From Chlorokybus atmophyticus (Eukaryota > Plantae > Mesostigma and Chlorokybus algae): DNA of 64,000 bases. A model generated the notes under the pieces. It made no database searches, was not told the origin of the DNA, and saw only the letters and a program-made list of their open reading frames with translations. Positions within the stretch are counted from its first letter, which is position 1; the number at the start of each line of letters is the position of its first letter. Where the stretch lies: assembly GCA_009103225.1 (NCBI GenBank), contig RHPI01000732.1, positions 46,482-110,481 of the forward strand, written 5' to 3'. The position numbers and the translations under genes are program-made. Shown here in pieces: positions 51,970 to 64,000 of this stretch.

Positions 51970-53520
51970 CACACATGGTCAACAGATCAACAGTTGGGGT
52001 CCCCATCCAGCCGTATATCCCAAATCGCTAGCAGTATCAACGTGTCAGCTGCTGCATGGTCACCATACTTCGCCCTCTTCACTCTCTCTGCTGCCAGCAC
52101 GCCTGCTCCTGGTCTGACGCGAGGCTCTGTAATGGTGACATCTAGTAGCAGAGTTAATCGCTGCCCGGCTAACACGCGACAATGTCCATACGTCGCCCCT
52201 GCCGCTCATGCACACGCATAGGCACACGAAAAACCTCGCAACGCACCACGAACCCTGCCTCCCTAATAATGGCGGCGAATCCATCACGCACAGCATTGTG
52301 AATGGCAATGCGGTGTCCATCCCGCGTGCACATAGAGAGATGCGTGTTATGTGCGCCGGACAAATGATGATCGCAGGCGCAGAAAGTAATATGCTCCATC
52401 CATGGATGTGACCAAGCCAGCAAGTGCCGAATGGCAGTGCGAAACTGAAAGGTAGACATGCGCAAGTCCTCTCGAACAGGCAATGCTAGCAACCAAGCTC
52501 CGCCCCAATGCCGGCCGCTGACTGCAAACAATGCACATCTGCTGGTAGGCTAGCAGACACATAAGCTGAACGAGTGGCTGCATCGATGCACTCCATCAAG
52601 TCATGCTTTACCTGCCTGCTCTGAGTGGTGGCCAATGCAGCCAAGGAAGATAACGCGAAGGCATCCGGCGGTAAAAGGTCCACGGCAGCGCGCAGATTAT
52701 AACGAATGGGCAAGTCCCCCGACTCGGAGGCTACATCATCAACGACAGCCAGCAGCGCAGCGTCATCGCGCACAGCAGCAAGTCGGCGGCGGATCAAACT
52801 AGCAGTCATGCCCCAACCTCCCAGAAAGGCAGCCGGTGCTACGGCGGCGTGTCGCAAACCAAGTCCTCCCATGCTAATAGGCAAAGCCAACTGCAATCGC
52901 GAGGCATGCGAGACAATGGCGGGATTTATCAGCTGCGTCAGCGCACCAAAGGCCTCGCAAATGGCTGTGTTAAAGTGTGTCAGATGCTATAAGAATGTCG
53001 CCGAAGGCGCCACCGTGCGTAGCAGATACGAAACACGCGTCGAGACGAAACGAGCAAGCATGAGCGTAGCCACCTGTGGATCGCGCATGCGGAGGAGAGC
53101 AGGGATGACGGCTATTGCGTCGGTAGGGTCTGTTGACAAAACTCCGCAATGCATTGAGCCGAGCCAATGAGAACACCCAAGGGTGAGACGCCGTGCGCGG
53201 CGACGCGAACTTTAGATGGAAATACTCAGGGAATAGCTGTTTCGCTGTACAACAATGACTTCTCCCAGCTTACGGCCAAGCCCACGAAGGCCAAAGAGCT
53301 GTGCTGATGGCTCAATAACGGTGTGTCATCAGCATACATTGGTGCCGACACCGCCGCATGACGCGCGATGACACGAGCAATGGTGTCGGTGTGGATTAAA
53401 GCATACAACAGCCCCGCCAACGGATCTCCTTGTCTCGTGCCTGTGCATGACGCAACTCGCTCCACATGTGGCTGTCGGCGGTAAAACAAGGTGCTGCTGT
53501 CTCTCACACAGTGCCCTCTA
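51970..53520 (-). mobile_element. 5'-truncated non-LTR retrotransposon with C-terminal restriction-like endonuclease (CRE/NeSL-like), decayed
   Basis: RT: CTGTRQGDPLAG..MYADD. Then LQLALPISMGGLGLR; AWLLALP; a CCHC-like C-A-C..H..C; IHNAVRD; RRMDI..LLDVTITEP..AAERVKRAKY (PD..D..K endonuclease). Confidence 0.82.
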
Positions 53521-53734
53521 CACCAATGCAATGCTCGTGCTTACCTGCATGGTTATACATGAGTGAGCGATGGTGCACGTGGGCAATTCGATTCAATGCA
53601 AAGTGAGAGCTGTGATTACCAGTGACATGCATTGCGCAAAGTTTCTTGCGCTAACAATTGTGCTAACACTTGAGTTGACATAATGCACATACTGTGTATG
53701 CAATGCATACACATGCAGACACAAAAGTGTGTCG

Positions 53735-54815
53735 GTGACGCTTACAGCTAATGCTCAATGCAAGCGCATGTGCAAGTTCGATTTATGCAGAGCAACGGCG
53801 GCCTCATGCCTGTTCCATGGTTTCCACACTGTGATATCTGAACCATCTGACGGTGTGGTGGGCTTCGCATGCACACGCCTTGGACACTCAGGCAAGGCAA
53901 CAGTGTGTGCGTGTGCGCGTGCGTGTGCGCATGCGGCGTGTGTGCTTGTGCATTGCATATGTTAGCCCGATGGTTGCCTGCAGAAAGCGGTTGTGGGCTT
54001 TGACGTGCGTATGCATGCATTTGTTTCAATGGTTGATACAACCGTTGTTGTGTGGCAATGTGTGGCAGTTGGATGGCTCTGCAGTGATATTAATGAAAGG
54101 GAGCGTAGTCGTGCTGGAGCTCGGTTGCGAAGCCACTATCACCGCGGAAAGAGACATGAGCATTGTGCTCCACAAGCAGAGACAAGAGGGGATGTCCACG
54201 GAGCTCGACCTCATACTATGAGTGAAAGATATATGGAGGCAACTTGGCGTGCATGTGTGTGCCTACGTGTACATGACACAATATTGAGCAGGTTGAGCAT
54301 AATTCGGCAACAGTTATTGGGGATAGCGGAGAGCATGGGTTGCATGCTTCAGCGTTTGGCTATCAGCACCAACATCAAGGAGCGTCTGGACCGCTCGTGC
54401 GCTGTTCAACCCCAACGAAAAGGCCTGGTCGACAATGCACCCCACGTCCCTGTCCATCTCGGCGCCATGGCCGAGGCCGTCGAGAGGCAGCGCAACCATT
54501 GGCGTGAGGTGTTGTCGCATCGCCACACGCATGCAAACATGCGTGTGCACACACATGCACACATGCGTGTGCACACACGCACCCGCACTCGCTCGTATAC
54601 GCGCGCACACACACATACACACACGCGCACGCGCGCGCACGCTTAAGAACGCGCACGTCATAAAGTACCCTCCAAATTATGTGTGTGCACCAGGTGGGAG
54701 GCTGAGGCCCGGCAACATGCTCTGCACCAACCACACGAGCAGGCGGCAGCCACCTCCTCATCATCACCGTCATCATATCAGGGTTTCGCCACGACGGCAG
54801 CAAGAATGAGGTCTA
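53735..54815 (+). pseudogene. Degenerate, inverted, internally deleted duplicate of OXP1 segments, retaining introns
   Basis: 53786-53900 matches the OXP1 exon MQSDGGL..GGVVGFA..SQ plus its GC-donor intron. 53967-54006 matches [13 protein letters not shown]. 54070-54815 matches the exons at ~8500-7760 ([44 protein letters not shown]) with their introns. Confidence 0.88.
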
Positions 54816-56846
54816 GCTGACGCCGGGCGTTAGGTGCACATTCCTACTTGTATACGTGAGGGAAGCGCATTACGCAACTTATACACTAAAGAAGCTTGTT
54901 CTCGCGTTGCAACACTCTCAATACTTTATTATGTGTGCAAGTCCAAGAACGACTTTTAACGTGTGATCGCAGAATATGCACTTTAAGAGACATGAGTATC
55001 AAAACTGATGATTTTGCCATGCAGCTGCACAGTGGTCTATTGTTGACCACTTTCTCATAAGCAGTCTGTCTACTATTTGCCATCACCAATCCATCTTGCT
55101 ATACCCGGATGAATTTTTGATATAATCGTTTTTTAACGTTAACTAAATGCATTCCATTCCATAAGAACATGCCGATGCAAATCATATTAAAGTTGTTTTC
55201 AACAATTGAAATACAGTGAATCTATGTGTGTGGATCTGTCCACGTACGCACGTAGCGACCACATATTGCAAGGCTGCTTACATCGTAAGTAGCGCTGGGT
55301 CATTATATAGTAATACAACTTTCGTGTAATCAACACAATATGATACTTACGTGACTTAGAAACACCGTACATGCAGCAATTGAAATTATTGTAACACATT
55401 TGTGTTGCGGGTTGACCACGGTATTCGTTGACCTAAAGTTATAGTTCATCCACCAATAGCAAGGGTGCACTTGAAGTGGTAATGATGGATTGAATGGAGC
55501 ATGATATGATTTAAGGATAAGTGCATGTTATATGATGGTATAAAGCTATTGAACTAATTGATAGCCATATAATAATAATGAATCATGAAGATGTGCAATA
55601 CACAATTGCAACACATAAAGACCAACCTGGCAGATAGTGAACTGATAACTTTTCCTATATCATGCATTTCTTTCAAGCAGCTTTTGGTGGGGAAATGAGG
55701 GGAAACACGCGGGGGGGCAAATAAGCCTAGCATTGGTGTCAATAAAAATTGCAATTGTGGTTTGCATAAGTTTATTCAACTTCAACTTTTGACCTCGCCG
55801 TTTTTCAAGCCCCACCTTTCACTTTTGCCCCACATCTAAAACCTTAAATGTTCCGAACCGCCCTTTCATGCTCATGTGAATAGCGTATCACGACATCGTC
55901 AATGAACAAGCATTAAGCGTAGCTTCTATTAGCATAACTGCGGGAGTAAATTAATCAGCAATAGTAATTTCAACGAAATTATTTATCACGAGGAATTTAT
56001 ACAAAAAGTGTTGAAAATAGAAAATACATACATGCTCCTACACTTGCTACTTTCACAAGGGAATTGCAATGCAAGTCGATTGTAACAATCTGTGTCGTCA
56101 ATCACAACCTGAACTGCCCTCAGTAATTTCATTGGAACGTCTTTAAATCGCAGTGACGGTAACTCACATTTTCATCAAATTGCCCAGCGCTACAAGTAAG
56201 TTACAAAATGTAACCCTGGGCGGACCGGTTTCCAACAAATCGGCCCGCAATAGTGCACGACCGGTATCTAATATGTCTCCGCTGCTCGCAGCGCTGTTCA
56301 TCAAGTGGCAGCCGACCGAAACACGCAGGCCGCTGTGCAACAACGGACGGCCTCAACGCAAAACTGCGGTACGGTACGTGCGTCCGGGCTTATTTTGGAC
56401 AAATCTCGTGCGCACTTTTTTAGCTGCTTACAAGTGCCATACTGGGCCTCTGTTCGTTACGCTTTTAGGCCTAGCCCCATATGCGGTTACTACTACTACT
56501 GGTGTTCCTCCGATCAGGGTGTGTATGCATCTCATACACATACGTCACGTTGTGCGTCGTTTAGTGCAGCGGCGCCCTGTGGCGTAGCAACAGGTAAGGA
56601 GGCAAAGTGATGTTGTGTTTGTCTCTTTTCCTCTGTTTCTGTCGCTGTCTGTCTCTGAGCCAGCCACCCTGCTCTCACCATTGAGGTAGAAGCAGAGGTG
56701 TGTGTAGGCAGGGAAGAAGAAGTTGCAGTTGTGTGCGTGTGTAGGCAACAGTTGAGACTGTGTGTGAGTGATAACAATGTCTCAGGGACGTGACATGAGC
56801 ATCATGTGATTGTGTGCAGAACTGAGCACAACCACCCACCTCCACA

Positions 56847-59800
56847 ATGATGGCGACGACACGTGCTGCTGCACTGTTGTTGCTATCAACTGTAGCTCTG
56901 CTCTCCTGCTCGTTCGTTTCAGCTAGCCCGCCTGGTACACTCAGCCTGAGAGGTAAGTAAGCACACACAACAGTAACGTACCTGAATACCTTAGCAAATT
57001 GTTGGTTGCGTTGTACTTGGTTGGACGCACCTTCTAAGCGCGTATGTTTGTCCACATTCAGCTTGCCAGTATGGCGTGGACGTTGCAGTCAAGAACATCA
57101 CGCAGATGCCTCAAGGCATAGGTAAGGCATGAGCATGCAATGTCAACTGTCTTGGTTCTCTCGACTTTGTTATAACGTGTACTGATACACACACCCTCAC
57201 TCCCTGACACGCACACACACGCATACGTGTGCAACCACGTGCGTGCAAGCACACACAAGTGTCCGCGTAGGTGCGTCGTGGGTGCAGACATTTGTGCGTG
57301 GTGGCACAGTGTTCCTCCCTGCACTCTCCCCAACCTGCTGCTACAAAAGCTCCCAATGGCCATGGCGCAGGTATGAGACAGCAACATTGGATGCTGCCCC
57401 CCGCCGAATGGCAGTGCNNNNNNNNNNNNNNNNNNNNNNNNNNNNNNNNNNNNNNNNNNNNNNNNNNNNNNNNNNNNNNNNNNNNNNNNNNNNNNNNNNN
57501 NNNNNNNNNNNNNNNNNNNNNNNNNNNNNNNNNNNNNNNNNNNNNNNNNNNNNNNNNNNNNNNNNNNNNNNNNNNNNNNNNNNNNNNNNNNNNNNNNNNN
57601 NNNNNNNNNNNNNNNNNNNNNNNNNNNNNNNNNNNNNNNNNNNNNNNNNNNNNNNNNNNNNNNNNNNNNNNNNNNNNNNNNNNNNNNNNNNNNNNNNNNN
57701 NNNNNNNNNNNNNNNNNNNNNNNNNNNNNNNNNNNNCCTCCCCCCCCTTCAACTGTATACTCACATGTAACCATTAATACTTGTGACACAGCATGCACGG
57801 GATCTACGAGTGCGAGGTTTACGGACCCAACAACTGCACTTTCCACAACGCCTTCAGCTGGTATAACAAAGACTACGAAGGTGGGTGGGTGGGTGGATTG
57901 GTGATACAAGTCATGCACACATGCACACATACACAAATTACTCACCTCGTAGCGCTCCCCTTTTCACACAGTGATTGCTATCGATGACGGCAACCACAAC
58001 AAGATGGCCGTGCGCGGACGGTTCCTCCACATTGCGGTCAACGTGCAACCCGTCGATGCAGACAACAACGCCAACGAGGTATATAATGTTTTCTGAATGA
58101 GAGATTCGGTATTCATCACATTGCTTGCAAGTTCAGGAATATTGTGCAAGCACACATGGACTATCACACGCGCACACACGTGCGTGCTCAGATGCGCATT
58201 CACTCTTGCACACACGCGTGCACACACACACGCCAAGACACACGTGTGCGTACACGCAAACACCCATGGGTACGCGCATGTACGCACAGCCACGCACGCA
58301 CACATTCACACACATATACATGTACGCACACGCACACGAACACATACCTGCTCCCTTACACACATTCGGGTTGTCACAACACTACATGTCCATCACAGGA
58401 TGTGAAGCGCGTAGCCGTGTTCCGATGCGACCTGAAGCAACTCAACAAGTGCATTCTGTTCCAAGTATCCGACAAACTCGGGCTCACCAATGGCGAAGGC
58501 GAGTGATCCCAATGTTGTGATGTTGTTGTGAGAAGCAAATCGAGTGCAAACCCACACGTGTGTTGTGCAGACTGGTCGCCGACTGTTACCATCGCTTACG
58601 GCCGCATATACTTTAGCTTCCAGGTACACATGCACACCACCACCACCACAACAACAGCAACAACAGTAACAGTGACACCAACAACAGGTTGAGTCGGACA
58701 GCACAGGGGCAATACCAACAGTGGCCTCGTGCGACCTTGCATACAAAGCGTGCAACAAAGTCACTCTGCCCGTTCCCACCAACCCCACCGGTGAGCAACA
58801 AGCATGCGCACATACACACTACCCCACAATACCACTCCTTTGGACCCAAGACGTGTTGACCCTTATCGCCACCTGAATGTGCAGGTGTTAGCTCCTCCCG
58901 TCCTTACCCAACAGGCTCCATCGTGACTTACGGCAAATACCTTTATGTCCCACAAGTCCGCGCACAGTAAGTGTACCTTATGAACAACAAGCACCACATG
59001 TGCCATTTCACACAAAGTCCAGCAACAATAACAACATCACTTGCAGGCAGACGGGTGACGTGTCCACATACACGGGAGTCCTCTACAAGTGCGTCAACTC
59101 AACCCTCTCATGCTCGGGTGCGTGGCTACCCGTCCCGACACCACTCACACGCATCCGTCACCCTGTCTATAAGGTCGTGAAGGCACTTGTGTGGTCCCCA
59201 CCCACCCAGCAAACACAACAACCTTCTCTCCTGGTCTTTGTCACCTACACGCTGCGCGCGTCAAGCACGCCGTGGAGTGCGAGTGGTGGTATTGGCGTAT
59301 ACGTGTGTGCGATAGATAATACGCGCGCGGACTTATCCAATGCCAACTGCAAGTGGAAGGACTTGTCCCTCACCGCACTCGGGGTGCAGCTGCCCAACGA
59401 CATTGGCGTATACGTGCAAAACATACGCACGGGAGTACTCATCAAGAGCGTTGGAATCGACGCCGTCACGGGCTCAAGGTGCTGTTTGATTTGCACTCTG
59501 TATGTGCGTACACGTGCACGCACACGCGCGCACACATACCCGCACATGCACGCACATGTGCGCGCGCATGCACGCTCATATATGTGCATGCGTGTAAGCA
59601 TACCCACTCGAACGCGTGCGTGTGTACTTTGGCTCATGCACCTCTGCTTACGAATGTAAACTTTGTCTCAGGTTCGATCTGAAGTTCACCGAGTGTACTT
59701 TGGGATCCAACCAGGCTTCGTGGTTTACCGCAGCAACATGCAGCGTATTCGACATCAACTCTATCACTGGCAGCGGGCCATCCGGACCAGGTAGGCATCA

Positions 59801-60124
59801 CATATTATCTAAACCAAGGCTTGCCATGTCTGAGTCAAGTAACTATCACACCCTTTAGGTGACACACATGGTACGTATGGAGAGTACGGTAACTTTGATA
59901 TTCACCGGTGGTCGAACCGCATCGTTATGGGCATGAGCAACGCTTCCTCGGCGCTCGAAGGGGACATGAATGCGCAGCTCATTGAAGTCGGTAGGTGTAC
60001 TTGTGTGTGTTGTGTCCATGAACTTGTGATGACTTGCACTACACTCTTGCCTTCTGTTTCATACTGACTTGTGTATGTGTCTCTTCCCTTCTTGTGTCCA
60101 GCTTGCAAGTTGCCGCCAGTGTGA
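56847..60124 (+). CDS. Uncharacterised secreted protein with signal peptide and repeated Cys pairs (possible beta-propeller), 11 or more exons, interrupted by a gap
   Basis: MMATTRAAALLLLSTVALLSCSFVSA signal peptide. Phase-consistent exons: HGIYECEVYGPNNC; VFRCDLKQLNKC; VASCDLAYKAC; LYKCVNSTLSC; VYVCAIDNTRADLSNANC; FTECTLGSNQASWFTAATC. The end needs a +1 G at ~59960 to read EGDMNAQLIEV|ACKLPPV*. Confidence 0.7.
57418..57736. other. Assembly gap (N run) inside the secreted-protein gene
   Basis: Run of n. Confidence 0.99.
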
Positions 60125-61030
60125 GCGTAACCCACCGCGACTATACGCTGTAAAGTATTGTTGAATTCTTCAACACATTCTTGGCACTGATGACAACAAA
60201 GCGGTTGTCACAGTCGTGGTGTGTATATAGCAAGGTGAATACTGGCGCTGCATAATGCGCGCGTGTAGTTTAATGAAGGAACTGCGCATGAAAACTGCTG
60301 AGAGCAATAATATATAGTTAAGAGTACATAGCATAGCGGCCTATAATTCAATAACAGTATGAGATATGAGTATAAGTTAAGAGTTTGTTGAACTGACGGA
60401 CTGTGACGAGCCCTATTACTGGCAGCGCATAAACATGTGGACATGTTATCGAATACATGCATGAATTGCAGCATTGTTGAGACTTCTGCCAACTTAGTTG
60501 CATTTGTTGCAGATAAGAAGCCCTGCATGTGCGCCTTTGTGCTCGACACGCCTGTGTATGTTGGTCACATACGCACGCAAACAGCCTCCTTGTTAGTGGT
60601 GAACGAGCACTGGTACGCGCACGCTCTTCGACCCTGCTTGCTAACACTGAGCTTCATTTGAGAGGGCTCATCCCCATTGTCTGGACAAAATTGTGTATTG
60701 ACTGTTGCCTGGAGGTGAGTGGCACTTTACGCAACAAGTGACTGACCGTCGCATTCAATGTCACTCAGCATGCGCTCACAGCACGTGTGATTGTCAACTC
60801 CACATTGCGCATGCAGCTATCTTCCGCCATGTGGCGTTTGGTGAGCATTGTAGGGCACGCCACTGTTGTGCATTAACTACTAGTCCCCACCATCAAAAGG
60901 GAGGTTGTTTGGATGCAACTGGTTGTGCAACTGTTGCAACACTAAGTGCAGAAACTGTGACCTCTATTACGCTATGTGTATGCAGCACACCTGGTTGCTG
61001 AGGTTGTTTGCTTTGCCAGATTGTGTTCCG

Positions 61031-62831
61031 CTACAACGGTTCCTCCAATGGTTCCTCATCTGAGTCTGCCAGGAAGCTTCCAATGGACTTGCGCAAAACT
61101 CCAAGCGATTTGGAAGCCTGCGAGAGGGTAAGATTGACTAAAGGGCACCAACTCATGCAATAATCACACTGCAATCTAAGCGGCAATGTACAAGCACAAC
61201 ACACCTTGAGGTTCTTCTGCATCTCCTGCTCTGTGCTGGTGAACTGCTCCTGCAATGACTTCTCAACAGCTGCAATCGCCTGCTTCTGCCTTTTTCCTGT
61301 GACAAAGGATGTGAGCACAGACTCAGGCAAGCAGCAGGAGCGTAACAGCAATAGACAATAGCTCCCTTACTATGCTGCTCTAGTTTGGCCATGACCGCCT
61401 CCACTGCTTCATCCTTCTTCTGGTGCAGGTCAGATATGCTCTGCAACACCACATGAACATCAGCACCTTGACCAAGGTCTGGCGTAGGACAAAACTTTTA
61501 CACACTTGAGTACAATCTACTGCTCAAACTGCATGTATGCGTGCACAAACACACACACGCATGTAAACACGCTTGTGCAGGAGTGCACACACGCGCGCAT
61601 GGGGAAGTGTACCATGTGCCCCCGCATGCACACCCCAACATAGACACCTAACTTAGTAAAAGTACACGCACTCACTCAGGCATTGCACCTGCTGGATCTG
61701 ATTGGCCTCGCTGGTGTATTTCTGCAGTAGCTCTTGAAGTTTTGCCTCCTCAGCAGCTAGAGAAGCCTCAATCTGTACTGAACTGTTAGGTAAGGGACAC
61801 AAGGAGTCTTGCGGTGTTGGGAAGCTCTAGTTTCAGCTGCCACCATGACTGCATGGCTGGAGAAGAAGAGTTGGTGTATTGAAAAGCTGTGGTATACCTG
61901 CTTGAAGGCTTTGCTGGCAGTCTTTTCTACATTGGCTCTGAGCACATCAAGGTCAGTTCAATACAGACATGTCAAGCAGGATGAGCGTAGCCTGCCTGCA
62001 GGCAAACAGTGAGAAGCAAACTGAATTCATACCTTTCATGTTCAGCAGAGTTTTTGGCGTCTTGTAATGCGTCCTCGGTTGCAGCCTTCAACCTGCACGA
62101 AGTCGTCATTGCTACGACAGCTGTGTGCTTGTGAGCGCACAGCTGTTTTGGGTGAACATGGTTCTCGCCTTTGGTAAAGTTCCGTATTCTTCTGTTTTCC
62201 GCTCTCATCGCGCTTGCTTCGCACTTGCTGCAACATAGTTGTCAGTGACTTGACAACAAACGGTAGCAAGATAAGGCAGCTGACGGTTTATTGTGAACGT
62301 CGGGGTAACGAGTAGTGTTCGAAGTTACTGAGGTTGCCAGCTCATGCACGCATGCTTGACCCAGCAACCGCATTCACACAGCGCATGCACTCACTCACCT
62401 TGAGCATGGCCAGCACCGCCTGCAGGTCACTGTGAGCAAGGAATACCACGCAAAAGAACAGTCAGATGTACTGCCATGGGTCAACATGGGCTTGACATCC
62501 ACGTGAAAACAACGTGGCCACGCTTTGCTGGCCATTGTTACTACGATGTGCCTCGATCAAACGCAGAGCATACAAGTGGGTCCATACAAGTGGGTCCATT
62601 TGTCCTGTTCTCAAGCTGGAGTGCACTACATTAGCTAGGTGCTCACAGCCTGTATGCACGACCTGGTAGGGTCGAGTAGCTGCGCTGTGTGGCAATGTCT
62701 CAGCAGGCATGGTACACAGCAGTTGTGGAGAACACATGCCTGTCCATCGTGGCGCTGTCAGCTGCGAGGTCGTCGAGATCGTCGTCTGCCTTGCGCACGG
62801 CCCTTTTCCTCGTGGGCTTCTCTTCAGGCAT
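61031..62831 (-). CDS. ~200-aa coiled-coil protein, 8 exons; resembles SYCP3/Cor1/ASY4-type meiotic axis proteins
   Basis: Spliced product: MPEEKPTRKRAVRKADDDLDDLAADSATMDS|DLQAVLAMLK|QVRSKRDESGKQKNTELYQR|LKAATEDALQDAKNSAEHER|ANVEKTASKAFKQ|IEASLAAEEAKLQELLQKYTSEANQIQQ|SISDLHQKKDEAVEAVMAKLEQHR|KRQKQAIAAVEKSLQEQFTSTEQEMQKNLK|ASKSLGVLRKSIGSFLADSDEEPLEEPL*. All junctions are phase-consistent. The gene model is well supported; the family call is tentative. Confidence 0.7.
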
Positions 62832-64000
62832 GTCGCCACTGCCAGCGACTCACAGTGTCAGCTGCTGCTGCCGCAAATTGCCGCCTCTGTGTCGCTCTGC
62901 TGCGGAAACCGGCACATAAGTACAACTGAAATACCGCACTGGTCTAGATGCAAGCCTGTGGTCTTGCCAAAACTACAAGCTCAAAGCAGTGTCTCTAGCT
63001 TGTGACAAGGCCCTAGAACATTTCAAGCACCAACAATGCAAGGCAAGCAGCAGGTAGCACGCACGGTCAATGCACAAGCTTGGCAAGCTATCAAACTCAG
63101 CAGGTGCCAGTGAGCGGACAACACGTGAAGCTCAGCTTGAAAGCTGTCTGTTGAACAAACGAGCAAACGAGCGAACGAGACGTGTAGGTTAGCCACTGCG
63201 CTGCACTCCTCAAGCAAGACAATGCACAAGCCCACGCTGCCGCCTGCAAGGAGTTGCCTCTGCTGTGCTGTGCAGCATGCATGGCGGCATGCAGGCGCAG
63301 CGAGAAGCTTGCAATCCACAATGACTTGTTGCATGTGAGCAGCAAGTCACGTAGTTACAAAGGCAGTGCGGTAGAGACTAAACTCCGCAGCAGCAGCGTA
63401 AAGCTGGCACTTCTCCGACCAGAGCAGAAGCCGGCGGCCGCCTCTCCTCCCTGACGCCAGCCACCAAGTTAAAGCACGGTACCACTGCTGCTGCTGGCGC
63501 GCTCACCCGCGCTTTGTGTCATGTGGCATTGGGTATTACGTTAGCAAGGGCCATAGCTGCGTTTGCCATTGCATGTGGTAGTGTAGTACTAGTGGTAATA
63601 TGATACTAGGATGTACTAGTTCATAAGTTATGAATCATAAAATGACAATGTTTATGAGTACCTACATATTTGTAAACAACGCTACATAAAAAAAAGGAAC
63701 GCATTCACATACTACATTACAACGTAAACTTTATGTCGGACTACGCCTTTAAACTTGATGAGAAATAATTCATCTGCCTTCCAATCATGTTTAATCTACT
63801 TCTTAACTTTATTAATCAAGACAACCTTATCCTCTGCGCCGATGTCTTCATCCATATGAAAATGTTAAAGAGATCAAAGTCATCACTCTCCAATCCGAAG
63901 TATTTTTTAATCTTTAAAATGCGGTTCCTTCTTATAAAGGCTTTATGCATGTATGAGTACATTGCAACCCGCTATGTATGAGTACTTTACACTATAACCT

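Noticed and set aside
59950-59970. Apparent premature stop (SSALEGT*) in the secreted-protein gene
   Set aside because: Adding one G to the GGG run restores EGDMNAQLIEV and a phase-correct final exon, so a homopolymer error is more likely than pseudogenisation or recoding.

Overview
Eukaryotic, intron-rich nuclear DNA. By inference it comes from an early-diverging streptophyte green alga, based on plant-type PIE1/SCAR/GalDH genes, a telo-box and algal-type retroelements. Host genes traced by hand: L-galactose dehydrogenase (+), 5-oxoprolinase OXP1 (-), guanylate kinase (+), the SWR1/PIE1 remodeller (+), SCAR/WAVE (-), an unknown secreted Cys-paired protein (+) and a small SYCP3/ASY4-like coiled-coil protein (-). 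Mobile DNA: a decayed intron-containing pogo/Tigger transposon with a MITE nested in its left end; a Penelope-like RT remnant; a 5'-truncated RLE-type LINE; and an inverted, internally deleted, intron-retaining copy of OXP1 pieces. The centrepiece is an ~11 kb Ty3/gypsy element (20706-31665, minus strand). Its pol carries a DNMT3-like C5 cytosine methyltransferase between protease and RT, and a PHD finger after the DDE integrase. It also has a candidate self-priming PBS. Its terminal repeats are circularly permuted (A-internal-B-A-B on the coding strand), with a short TTAG direct repeat on each flank. Several GC-AG introns are needed to splice the host genes. Two N-gaps and a poly-G run limit what can be read. 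Exon boundaries and domain calls are by eye; no database searches were run.
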